From NCBI GenBank assembly GCA_963734495.1, contig CAVTHK010000011.1:762259-826258 (forward strand): 64,000 bases of DNA. The letters are read 5' to 3'. Each line of letters begins with the position of its first letter. The stretch's first letter is position 1. Origin of the DNA: an uncultured Spirochaetota bacterium (GTDB taxonomy: Bacteria; Spirochaetota; Spirochaetia; SZUA-6; CAVTHK01). The notes under the pieces are model-generated. The model saw only the letters and a program-made list of their open reading frames with translations. It made no database searches and was not told where the DNA came from. Positions 21,194 to 31,320 of this stretch are shown here, piece after piece. Both the position numbers and the translations under genes were made by a program.

Positions 21194-22132
21194 GCCGCCT
21201 GTTCTGGACGGCCGTGCTCGCCCTCGCCGTGCGCGTGCTCGCGAGTGTGCCCCTGCCTGCCCTGGCGGCCGTGCTGCGGGGCCTCGACCCGGCGCGTCTG
21301 GCGGCGATCCTCGCGGTTGACCTCCTTCTCGTGGCCGCCGCGCCGGTGCGCCTGTGGCTTCTCTCGCGCGGGGGCGGGACAAAGCTGCCCGTACGTTCCG
21401 CTGATCCTCTACCGCCTGGCGTCCTCGGCGGTCAATTACCTCACCCCCGGCGCGCAGGTAGGCGGCGAGCCCCTGCAGGCGATGCTGCTTTCGGCGCGCC
21501 ACGGCATGGCCGCCGCCGAGGCCGCCGGCCTTACCGTGCTCGCCCGCCTGGTGGATTCCGCGAGCGCCGCGGCGTTCTTCGGCCTCGGCGTCGCGCTTAT
21601 GGCGGCAGGCCGCGGACCTTCGGCCCTGTTGCCGCTCGCGGCTGCGCTGGCCCTGCTCGCGGCACCGTTCGCCTACGGGATCGCGCTGCGATCGGGTCGC
21701 CGGCCCGCCACCGCGGTTGCCGCGCGGCTGGCCGCCGGGCTCGCGCGCTTCGCCGCGGGCGTGCGCGATACCGAGGAGGCGCTTGCGGTCCTCTGCGCTC
21801 GGAAGCCCGCAGCCATCGCGCGGGCGCTCGCAGCCTCCGCCCTCCTGTGGGTGCCGGTCGTGCTCGAGTACAGGCTGCTGCTGGCCGCGCTCGGCCTTCA
21901 CCTCGATCTGCGCGCGTCGATCGAGGCGCTCACGCTCGCGCGCGCGGCTCTGCTCGCCCCTATCCCCGGAGCGGTCGCCGTTCTGGAGGCTGCACAGGTC
22001 GTCGGGCTGCGGCGGCTGGGCGAGTCCGCGGCGAGCGGCCTGGCCCTGGGGCTCCTGATCCGCGCGCGCGACCTGTTTTTCGTGCTGCCCGGCCTCGCGG
22101 CCGCGCGGCTGCTGCGCCCGAGGCGCCCATAG
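21142..22132 (+). CDS. Lysylphosphatidylglycerol synthase TM / flippase-like (UPF0104) protein, frameshift near 21385
   Basis: Hydrophobic, with NYLTPGAQVGGE, R.VD, PIPGAVAVLEAA and LLIR motifs. The start is uncertain. Confidence 0.75.
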
Positions 22133-22193
22133 GCGCCTGGAGCCGTGTGCGCGCGGGCTTGCCCGCGATCCGCGCCCGGCTTAATCTACATCC

Positions 22194-23308
22194 ATGGTCA
22201 CCCGCGAGATGATCCGCCAGCTGCCGAAGGTGGAGCTCCACGACCACCTCGACGGCAGCGTGAGGGCTTCCACGATCGTCGAGCTCGCGCGCGAGCAGGG
22301 CGTCGAGCTGCCCGCGCGGGACCCCGCCGCTCTCGCCGAGTGGTTCCACCGGGGCGCGGATCGCAAGAGCCTCAAGCTGTACCTCGAGGGGTTCGGCGTG
22401 ACCGTCTCCGTGATGCAGACCGAGGAGGCGTTGGAGCGCGTCGCGCGCGAGGCGATCGAGGACCTGGCGGCGGACCACGTGATGTACGCGGAGGTCCGCT
22501 TCGCCCCGATGCTGCACCTCGGCGCGCGGGCTGAACCTGGAGCGCGTCGTGCTCGCCGTGCTGCGGGGCCTCGAGGCGGGGCGCGCCGCGACCGGGCACC
22601 GACTTCGGTCTGATCCTGTCCTCGCTGCGCGACCAGCAGGTCTCGCTGGAGACCGCCGAGCTGGCCGTCGCCTTCCGCGACAAGGGGGTGGTGGCGTTCG
22701 ACCTCGCCGGCGACGAGTACGGGCACCCGCCCAAGCGCCACCTCGACGCCTTCGAGTACATCCGCAGCAAGAACTTCAACATCACGATCCACGCCGGCGA
22801 GGCGTTCGGCATGGAGAGCATCTGGCAGGCGCTGCAGATCTGCGGCGCGCACCGCATCGGGCACGCGACGCGGCTGCGCGAGGACATGGTGGTGAGCGGC
22901 ACGCGGATCGTGCAGATGGGGACGCTCGCCCAGTTCATCCTGGACAAGCGGGTGCCCATGGAGATGTGCCTGTCCTCGAACGTGCAGACCGGCGCCGCCG
23001 AGTCGCTCGACGCCCACCCGTTCCCGCTGTACTACCGGAACAACTTCCGCGTGTTCCTCTGCACGGACAACCGGCTGATGAGCGACACCACGCTGAGCCG
23101 CGAGATGGAGCTCGCGGTCAAGCACTACAACCTGACGCTCGAGGATCTCGAGAAGATCACGATCAACGCCATGAAGAGCGCGTTTGCGCACCACGACGAG
23201 CGCATCCGGATCATCTACGACGTGCTCAAGCCCCGCTTCGCGCGCATGAGGCAGGAGATCACATCGCTTGCCGTGACCGCAAGGCCAGGCTTGCTGACCG
23301 AAGATTAG
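22194..23308 (+). CDS. add: Adenosine deaminase, two frameshifts (about 22525 and 22600)
   Basis: LPKVELHDHLDG, YAEVRFAP, FDLAGDE, TIHAGE, RIGH, EMCLSSN, CTDN. Confidence 0.9.
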
Positions 23309-23579
23309 GCTCGCCTGACCGGGGAAGCCGCCGGGGGCGCCATCTCCGGCCTCCGCAACCTCCGCGCTGAGATCGTGGTCATTGGGGTCGATTTGCGGTT
23401 GCCCCGGCCGGGGCGGAGCGGGCGGGGTCGGACAGCGGGCCGCTTCTGTCTCGACAGAGTCGGCCGGCCAGTGCTATATTGGCCCGGCTTTGACTGGCAC
23501 GCCCCTCACCGTGAATTCTCAGCGGAGCCGCCGTTGCGGCCTCGAAGCATAGCCTGATCACCAACTTCCGGAGGTAACC

Positions 23580-26500
23580 ATGCCTGAGGTCGCCCAGAAA
23601 AGGACTCAGGTAGCCACCTTCCTCGACCTTTACCGATCCATGAGGACGACGCGCGCGGTGGAGGCGCTGGAGCAGGACTTTACCCGCAGGGGCGAAGCCT
23701 TCTTCTACGTCTCGTGCGCCGGCCACGAAGCGGCCGCGACGCTCGCGCCTCATCTCATCGAAGAGGACTGGCTCCAGGCCCACTACCGCGACAAGGCGCT
23801 GCTTCTGGCGCGCGGCATGAGCGTCGAGACGCTCTTTCTCGCCCTGTTCGCCAAGGACGCCTCCGAGTCCCGCGGCCGCGCCATGAACGCGATCATGAGC
23901 GACGCGGACCACCGCGTCATGGGCATGCCCGGGCGCGGTGGGCAGCGGCGGGCTGCACGCGTGCGGCGTCGCCGAGACGATCAAGGCCGACCCGGCGCGG
24001 CCGATCGTCTACTGCTCCGTCGGCGACGGCACGAGCCAGCAGGGCGAGATGCTCGAGGCGATCCTCACGTCGGCTGCGCGCGAGCTGCCGGTGCTCTGGG
24101 TCGTGCAGGACAACGGGCTCGCGATCTCCACGCGCACCAGCGGGCCGCACCTTCTTCTCGCTGCCGAGCGGGCGACCAGGACGTCTTCTGCGGCATCCCG
24201 ATCCGCCGCATCGACGGCCACGACATCATCGGCGCCTACCGCGCCTACGGCGAGATCGTCGACGAGATGCGCGAGACGCGCAAGCCCGCCATCGTGATCC
24301 TGCGCGTGGAGCGGCTGGACAGCCACAGCAACGCCGACGATCAGACCCTCTACCGCACCGCCGAGGAGATCGATGAGGTGCGCCAGACCGCCGACCCCCT
24401 CGCGCTCTTCGAGGAGAGCCTCGAGGGGCTGGGCGTCAAGCGGCAGGAGCTCGAGCGGATCAAGGCCGAGATCGCCGAGCAGGTCAAGAGCGACGCGCTG
24501 CGCGCCCAGCGCAGCGGCGGACCCCTTCGCGACGTTCCACGCCAAGAAGGAGCTGCCCCGCGATCTCGAGGACCCGCCGCCGCGAGTACCGCGGCGACGC
24601 GAGCGAGCCGAGGTTCACGATGCTCGAGGCGGTGCGCGAGCTCTTCCGCAAGCGCATGCAGCGCGACAAGCGCATCGTCATGTTCGGCGAGGACCTCGAG
24701 GACCCCAAGGGCGACGTCTTCGGCCTCACCCGCGGGCTGACCGAGGCCTATCCCGGCCGCGTGCGCAACTCGCCGCTCTCCGAGTCGACGATCATCGGCT
24801 TCTCGGTCGGCGAGGCGCTGGCCGGCCGCAGGCCGATCGCCTTCCTTCAATTCGCCGACTTCCTCCCGCTCGCCTTCAACCAGATCACCACCGAGCTCGC
24901 CACCATGTACTGGCGCACCGACGGCCGCTACCAGGCGCCGGTCATCGTGATGGCGACCACCGGCGGCTACAAGCCCGGCCTCGGGCCGTTCCACGCGAGC
25001 AGCATGGAGTCGTACGCCGTCCACACTCCCGGGCGTCGACGTGTTCGAGCCGAGCACCGCGGCCGACGCGGTCGGGCCTGCTCAACGCGGCGATGCAGTC
25101 GGGGCGGCCGACGATCTTCTTCTACCCCAAGAACCTCGCTCAACGACCGCGAGAACACGACGAGCGCCGACGTCGAGCGCCAGCTCGTTCCGATCGGCAA
25201 GGCGCGCATCGTGGAGAAGGGCGACGACATCACGCTCGTCGGCTGGGGCAACGCCGATGCCCATGTGCCGCAAGGCCGCGGCGGCCCTGCGCGGCGTCGG
25301 CTACGGCGCGGAAGTGATCGACCTGCGCAGTCTCTCGCCCTGGGACGAGCAGGCGGTGCTCGCCAGCGCCGAGCGCACCGGGCGACTCATGATCGTGCAC
25401 GAGGAGAACCTCACCTGCGGCTTCGGCGCGGAGATCGCGGCCACGGTGGCCGAAAAGGCCCGCGTCGCGGTGCTGGTCAGGCGCGTGACGCGCCCCGACA
25501 CGTTCGTCCCTTCAACTTCGCCAACCAGCTCGAGGTGCTGCCGGGCTTCAAGCGCACGCTCGAAGAAGCCGCGGCCATGCTGGGCGCGGAGGTGAGCTGG
25601 CAGGCCCCGCCCAAGGCGGAGAGCCGGCGTCTTCCTCATCGAGGCGATCGGCTCGAGCCCTTCCGACGAGTCGGTCACGGTGCTCGACTGGCAGGTCAAG
25701 GCCGGCGACAAGATCGAGGCCGGAGCGATCGTCGCCAATCTCGAGGCGGACAAGGCGGTGCAGGAGCTCTCTTCGCCCGTGCAGGGCGTGGTGGCTCGAG
25801 CTGCTCGTGCCCGCGGGCGAGATGGTCAAGGTGGGCACGCCGCTCGCGAAGATCAAGACCGCCGAAGGCGGCGATGCCGCGCTCAAGCCCGTCTCGCGCG
25901 AGGAGCCGGGCACTCCCATCATCACCAAGGGGAAGGCGCCCGCCGCCGCCCGCGGCGCGTGCCTCGGCCGTCGCCGCGGTTCCTGCCGCGGGCGAAGCGC
26001 CGGCCGCCGAATCCAGGCGGGAGACGGCGGTCGAGATCGGGCTCGCCGGCGTCGAGGTGGCGACCGGGTCGCGCAAGGTGTCCAACGACGAGATCGCGGC
26101 CAAGTGCCCCGACTGGACGGCGGGCGAGATCCTCAAGCGCGTCGGCATCGAGAGCCGCTACTGGGTGGGCGAGGGCGAGACGGTCGTGACCCTCGGCGCG
26201 AAGGCCGCGCGCAAGCTGCTCGCGGCGCAGGGGCTCACGATCCGCGACATCGACCTGCTGATCGCGACCACGGGGACGCCGCCGACCACGACGCCGTCGA
26301 CCGCGGCGCTCATCCTGCACGACCTGTCCGAGGGAGCCTCCGACATCTACGTGCAGGCGCACGACATCAACGCCGCCTGCTCGGGCTACCTCTACGGGCT
26401 GCAGGCCGCCTACGACTACCTGTACACGCGGCCCGACAGGCGCGTCGCTGCTCGTGACGACGGAGACGCTCTCGCTGCGCACCGACCCGGCCGACCCGTC

Positions 26501-26994
26501 GACGGCGCCGATCTTCGGCGACGCCGCGACCGCGACGCTGCGTCGTGACCGCCGGCGGCAAGCAGAAGCTCCGCGCGCGCCTCTGGCCCCCGGCGCTCTC
26601 GGCCAAGGGCGAGGACGGGACGATCCTGCGCGTGCCCAACCAGGACGGGAGCTTCATCTACATGGACGGGCCCAAGGTGTTCCTCGAGGCGATCAAGGGC
26701 ATGATCATGATGCTCGAGCAGGCCTGCGCCATCGCGGGCAAGACGCTCGCCGACCTGGCGCTCGTGGTCCCGCACCAGGCCAACCAGCGCATCATCAACG
26801 CCGTGGCCATGAAGCTCAAGGCGCCGAAGGGGCTGCTCTACAGCAACATCCGGGAGTACGGCAACACCTCTTCGAGCACGATCCCGATCTGCCTGGCGAA
26901 GCTGCTCGGCGAGCGCAAGAGCGGCGAGCTGCTCGGGCTCACCGCCTTCGGCGGCGGGTTCACGTTCGGCGGGGCGGTCATCCAGATCGTGTAG
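23580..26994 (+). CDS. Fused 2-oxoacid dehydrogenase E1alpha-E1beta-lipoyl domain-beta-ketoacyl-ACP synthase III (about 1130 aa, many frameshifts)
   Basis: E1alpha: AGHEA, HYRD, GDGTSQQGE...QDN, SHSNADD. E1beta: GEDLEDPKGDVFG, NSPLSESTI, IDLRSLSPWD. Lipoyl: LEADKAVQELSSPVQG. FabH: DINAACSG, PHQAN, GNTSSST, FGGGFT. Confidence 0.8.
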
Positions 26995-27050
26995 TCGCGC
27001 AGACCGGGGCGGCGCCGGCTCCGCGGGCGGCGCCGCCTTCGCACTCCAGG

Positions 27051-27497
27051 TCAGTTGCCCGGCGAGTATCGCACGTTGCCGGTGTAGCTCACCATCCACC
27101 CGATCCCGAATTTGTCGACGCACATGCCGTACTTTTCGGCCCACTGCGTCTTCTGCAGCGGCATCTCGGGCTTCCCGCCCGCCGAGAGGCCTTTGAACAC
27201 CCTTTCCGCTTCGGTCTCGTTGTCAGCCTCGAGGGCGATATAGAAGTTGTTCCCGGCCTTGACGGGGCGCTTCTGGGACTCGAGGATATCCGATCCCATG
27301 AGGATGTTGCCGTTGCCGATGGGCAGGGCGACGTGCATGATCTTGTCCAGCTCTTTGGCCGGGACCTTCATCGCCTCGCCGCCGGAGTCCTTGAATGTGA
27401 TCAGGGCGTTGAACTCCCCGCCGAACACGGACTTATAGAACGTGAAGGCCTCCCGGGTGTTCCCGTGGAAATTGAGGTACGGGTTCGCTACCTTCAT
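27051..27497 (-). CDS. VOC/PhnB family protein
   Basis: NPYLNFHGN..EAF.FY..VFGG, IMH, MGSD, MPLQKT.W...YGM..DKFGI.W. Confidence 0.9.
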   Translation of the reverse strand: MKVANPYLNFHGNTREAFTFYKSVFGGEFNALITFKDSGGEAMKVPAKELDKIMHVALPIGNGNILMGSDILESQKRPVKAGNNFYIALEADNETEAERVFKGLSAGGKPEMPLQKTQWAEKYGMCVDKFGIGWMVSYTGNVRYSPGN

Positions 27498-27645
27498 GGC
27501 TGCTCTCCTCGTGCGGATGTCTGCGGCGCCCCTGGGCCGCCCGAGGCGGCGCGCCACCGTCGTCCGGCTCCGCGGGCGCCAGCCAAAAAGATAACTCCGG
27601 CGGTCAGGTTAGGCTACAAGAAGTCGTAAGGGCGCACGGGGGCGA

Positions 27646-28176
27646 CTACCCGCGCGGCGACACTTCCCACGCCCTGAGGTTCTCGCTGCTCCACTTGAGC
27701 GACAGCGGGGGAAGCTCCACGGCGTGGAACTCCGGGCCGATGGCCCTCCGGACCGGGTCGGTGACCTTGATGCCCGGCAGACGGTTGAGCACGGCCGCGT
27801 GCGCCACGGTCTCGCCCATCACGTCGTCGACCCTGAGAGACTTGTGGCCGAAGATGCCGCGAGTGACCTCGCCGCTGCTGACAGCGGCGCCCAACTCGGC
27901 CACCTGCACGATCTCGTAGCTCTCGACAAGCGCCGCGAAGTCCTTGCGCATCCGCACGGCGCATCGGACGGCTTCGTTTTCCCTGCCGCGCGGAAACACG
28001 CAGAGCATCGCGTCGCCGATGTACTTCAGGATCGAGCCGCCGTTGTCCACGACGGCGGTGCCGGCCTTCTCGTAGAACTTCTGGACAAAGGCGGGCATCC
28101 GCTTCCCCAGCGCGACGCTCAGGCGCATGAAGCCCCTGATGTCGCAGAAGAGAACGACGAGGGACACTTTCTTCAT
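27646..28176 (-). CDS. Stand-alone class III adenylate/guanylate cyclase-like domain
   Basis: LFCDIRGF, GG.ILKYIGDAML, GEV..G..G, VMGETV. Confidence 0.8.
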   Translation of the reverse strand: MKKVSLVVLFCDIRGFMRLSVALGKRMPAFVQKFYEKAGTAVVDNGGSILKYIGDAMLCVFPRGRENEAVRCAVRMRKDFAALVESYEIVQVAELGAAVSSGEVTRGIFGHKSLRVDDVMGETVAHAAVLNRLPGIKVTDPVRRAIGPEFHAVELPPLSLKWSSENLRAWEVSPRG

Positions 28177-28331
28177 GGCGGCGACTCCTTCGCCCCAGCG
28201 TAGCCCCGCCTCTCGCCCGCCGTCAACGCGCAGCGCTGACGGCGGAGCCTCGTACCGCGCCCGGCGCCTGCACGTCCCCCGCGAGTGCGGGTCGAGTACC
28301 CGGCAGGCAGCGGAGCCATCGTGCCTGTACC

Positions 28332-28361
28332 TTGACCCTCGGTATTACCGAGTCATATCCT
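28332..28361 (+). promoter_or_regulatory. Promoter with a perfect palindromic operator in the spacer
   Basis: TTGACC-N18-TATCCT. CTCGGTA-T-TACCGAG at 28338-28352. Confidence 0.6.
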
Positions 28362-28423
28362 TGGGGACGAGGCTCGGGTACGCGGCCGCCCGCTGCGCCG
28401 AGCCGGGCCCGCAGGGAGGCGCG

Positions 28424-28726
28424 ATGGCTCGCAAGCCGAGGCTCGAAGTCGTCACGTTCAAGGCGGATCCCGCGCTCATGGCGGCGCTCAGGAGCATCCC
28501 CAACCGCAGCGCGTTCATCCGCGACTCGATCCTCGCCGCGCTCGAAAACATCTGCCCGCTCTGCAGCGGAGCAGGCTTCCTCAGCCCCGATCAGAAGCAG
28601 CACTGGGAGAGCTTTGCGCACGACCACAGCGTGGAGGAGTGCGACGACTGCCACGCGCTGCACCTCGTCTGCGGCGCGGGCGGCCTGGCCGGTCCGCAGG
28701 GCCGCGCGAGCGGAGCCCGCCACTGA
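28424..28726 (+). CDS. CopG/ribbon-helix-helix regulator with C-terminal Cys/His-rich metal-binding domain
   Basis: GGAGG RBS, VVTFKAD...NRSAFIRDSIL (RHH), then CPLC...H...H.H...CDDCH..H..C. Confidence 0.75.
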   Translation: MARKPRLEVVTFKADPALMAALRSIPNRSAFIRDSILAALENICPLCSGAGFLSPDQKQHWESFAHDHSVEECDDCHALHLVCGAGGLAGPQGRASGARH

Positions 28727-29478
28727 TGGCCGGCGACCCGCCCGTCCTGCTTTCGAGCGTCTCGTTCGCGTACGAGGGCACGAACGCCCTGAGCGACGTG
28801 AGCCTCGCCATCGAAGCCGGCGACACGGTGAGCGTCGTCGGCCCGAACGGCGGCGGCAAGACGACCCTGCTCAAGCTCATCCTCGGGCTGCTGCGCCCTA
28901 CGCGCGGCACGGTCCGGCTCTTCGGCCGGCCGGCCGAGGAATCGCGCAGGCGCGTCGGCTACGTTCCCCAGCAGGTGCTCTACGACCCGCAGTTTCCCAT
29001 GCAGGTCGAGGACGTCGCCCTCATGGGGCGTCTCGGGAGCCGGCTGGTGGGGCCCTGGTCGCGCCGGGACCGCGGGGCTGCGTCGGCCGCGCTCGATGCC
29101 GTCGGGCTCTCGGGCCTCGAGCATCGCGCGTTCGCCGAGCTGTCCGGCGGCCAGCGCCAGCGCGTGCTGATCGCCCGCGCGCTCGCCTCCGAAGCGGAGC
29201 TCCTCCTGCTCGACGAGCCGACCTCGCACGTCGACCGGGTCGCGGAAGAGGGGCTGTACGCGCTGCTCGGCGAGCTCTCGAAGAAGCTCACCCTCGTGAT
29301 CGCTTCGCACGACCTCGGGGTCGTGTGGTCTCTCACCAGCAAGGTGATATGCGTCAATGTGACAGCGAAGATACATCCCACCGCGACGCTCACCGGCGAG
29401 ATGATCCAGACCCTCTACGGCCACGACGTGAGCGTGGTGCGCCATGCCGAGGAGGTCGCACGCCATGGACGGCGGTAG
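28726..29478 (+). CDS. znuC: Zn/Mn ABC transporter ATP-binding protein
   Basis: GPNGGGKTT, VGYVPQ, FP..V, LSGGQRQR, LDEPT, SHD. Confidence 0.85.
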   Translation: MAGDPPVLLSSVSFAYEGTNALSDVSLAIEAGDTVSVVGPNGGGKTTLLKLILGLLRPTRGTVRLFGRPAEESRRRVGYVPQQVLYDPQFPMQVEDVALMGRLGSRLVGPWSRRDRGAASAALDAVGLSGLEHRAFAELSGGQRQRVLIARALASEAELLLLDEPTSHVDRVAEEGLYALLGELSKKLTLVIASHDLGVVWSLTSKVICVNVTAKIHPTATLTGEMIQTLYGHDVSVVRHAEEVARHGRR

Positions 29479-30329
29479 CTTCTTTTCCGACCTGCTCGCG
29501 TTCCCGTTCCTCCGCTACGCGGCGGCGGCCGGCGTGCTGTCCTCGGTCGCCTGCGGCGTGGTCGGCAGCTACGTCACGGTCAAGCGCATCGGCTACATCG
29601 CCGGCGCGATCGCCCACAGCGTGCTCGCGGGCATGGGCGCCGCGCGCTACCTGCGGGTCGTCGCGGGCTGGACCTTCCTCACGCCGGTGCACGGGGCGAC
29701 CGCCGCGGCGGTGGTCGCGGCCCTCATCATCGGCGTCGTGTCGCTTCGCGGGCGCGAGCGCGTGGACACGGTCCTCGGCGCGATCTGGGCGATCGGGATG
29801 GCGGTCGGGATCCTCTTTATCCAGGCGACTCCCGGCTACAGCCAGGAGCTGATGAGCTACCTCTTCGGCAACATCCTGCTCGTCTCGCCGCAGGACCTCG
29901 CGGCCATCGCGGTGCTCGACCTCGTGGTGGTCGCGGTGGCGCTGCTCTTCTACAACAACCTGCTCGCGATCGCCTTTGACGAGGAGTTCGCCCGCCTCCG
30001 CGGCATCAGGACCGAGCGCACCTACCTTCTCCTGCTGGTGCTGACCGCCCTCACCATCGTCACCCTCGCCCAGGTCGTGGGCATCCTCATGGTGATCGCG
30101 CTGCTCACCCTGCCCGGCCGCGACGGCCTCAGGCCTGACCCGCCGGCTCTGGCAGATGGTGGCGCTCTCGATCGGCTTGAGCATCCTCTACACGACGGGC
30201 GGGCTGGCGCTGAGCTACGGCCCGAACCTTCCGGCCGGCGCCACGATCATCCTGTTCGCCGGCGGGATCTACCTGCTGGTGATCGGAGCGCAGGCCCTCC
30301 TGCGCAGGGTCCGCCGCGCGAGTGCCTGA
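29465..30329 (+). CDS. znuB: Zn/Mn ABC transporter permease, frameshift near 30118
   Basis: AIAHSVLAG, SYLFGNIL, FDEEFA, VGILMVIALLTLP, continuing ATA...PAGATII in another frame. Confidence 0.85.
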
Positions 30330-30783
30330 CGACGCGCGCCGCCTCCCCGGCCTCCGGCCCGATCCTCGGCCGCGCAGGTCCTGCCGGGCATCGGCTGCAC
30401 GTTCACCAGGAACGGACTGGCAGGTTGAAGGCATCGACCCCCGCTGGACCGCCCGCCTGCTCCGGGGCTTCCGCGTCATCGGTGAGAGCCGCTGGCCGCC
30501 CGCGCTCTGGTTCTGCGCGGCCGCCGCGTCGTTCAATCTCGTCAGCCTCGGCTCGACGGCGATCGCGTTGCGCGTGGCCTTGCAGGCGGGCGGACGGCTT
30601 CCCGCCGTGTTCCTCGCGGGCGCCTTCACCATGATCGTCGTACGTGCGGGCGACGCTCTACTCAGCGCCGCGCTCGCGCGGGACGCCCCCGCCGCCGCCG
30701 ACGCAACGAAAAGGGGCCTGTCTCCCGGCCCCTCGCGTGGCGTGTCCGCTTCCCGCGCTCCGACAGGTGCCGCGCGACGCTGA
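30322..30783 (+). CDS. Possible small membrane protein or gene fragment
   Basis: Two hydrophobic segments in the C-terminal half. The N-terminus looks non-coding. Confidence 0.25.
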   Translation: MPDDARRLPGLRPDPRPRRSCRASAARSPGTDWQVEGIDPRWTARLLRGFRVIGESRWPPALWFCAAAASFNLVSLGSTAIALRVALQAGGRLPAVFLAGAFTMIVVRAGDALLSAALARDAPAAADATKRGLSPGPSRGVSASRAPTGAARR

Positions 30784-30789
30784 TGCCTC

Positions 30790-31130
30790 CCGCCTCGCAG
30801 CCGATGCGCATGATCCCCGAGGTGTAGATCGCGATCGTCGTGCGCGCCTGAGTGAACTCGGGTTCCGGCACTGTCAGCGTCTTCCAGGTCCCGGTGGTTC
30901 TCTCCGCGTACTCCGGAGAGGCAAAGGAGGCGTCATAGCAGGAGATGTGGGGCTTCCCGTTCGCGTCGAGGGCCAGGGCGCGATACAAGCCGGTGATCCC
31001 TGGCACGTCCACGCCCCCGCGCGTCAAGGTGACGACGGGCCGAGCGCCGTCGCGTAGTCCTGGTCGCCGTTGTTCCCGCCGCAGCAGGCGATCAGGACGC
31101 GGTCGTCCCGTCGTTGTAGACCGTCATCGA
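30790..31130 (-). pseudogene. Remnant of a beta-propeller-type surface protein repeat
   Basis: GLYRALALDANGKPHISCYD...YA....GTW and VLIACCGGNNGDQDYAT resemble the (S)LALDxxGxPHISYYD...LKYA repeat. Broken frames. Confidence 0.45.
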
Positions 31131-31320
31131 CAGGTGCCCGCAGGTTCCCGTTCCGGTGAGGTTGGCCTTGGTGGCAAGACTGACGCCGCCGTCGGTGGGC
31201 AGCCGGTCGCGGTCGAATTTGCCCACCCGTTGTGCTATCGGGCATAATCACGGCCTCGGCGTCGCGGCGACCGGCGGGACCGCCGCGCGCCCGCGCAAAC
31301 TGACCCGGATCGGAGGCTCC

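Noticed and set aside
19219-22212. Long alternative-frame ORFs (e.g. 19219-22212, 8116-10521, 51728-55186, 3726-5825)
   Set aside because: Arg/Pro/Ala-rich shadow ORFs of high-GC DNA that overlap well-supported genes.
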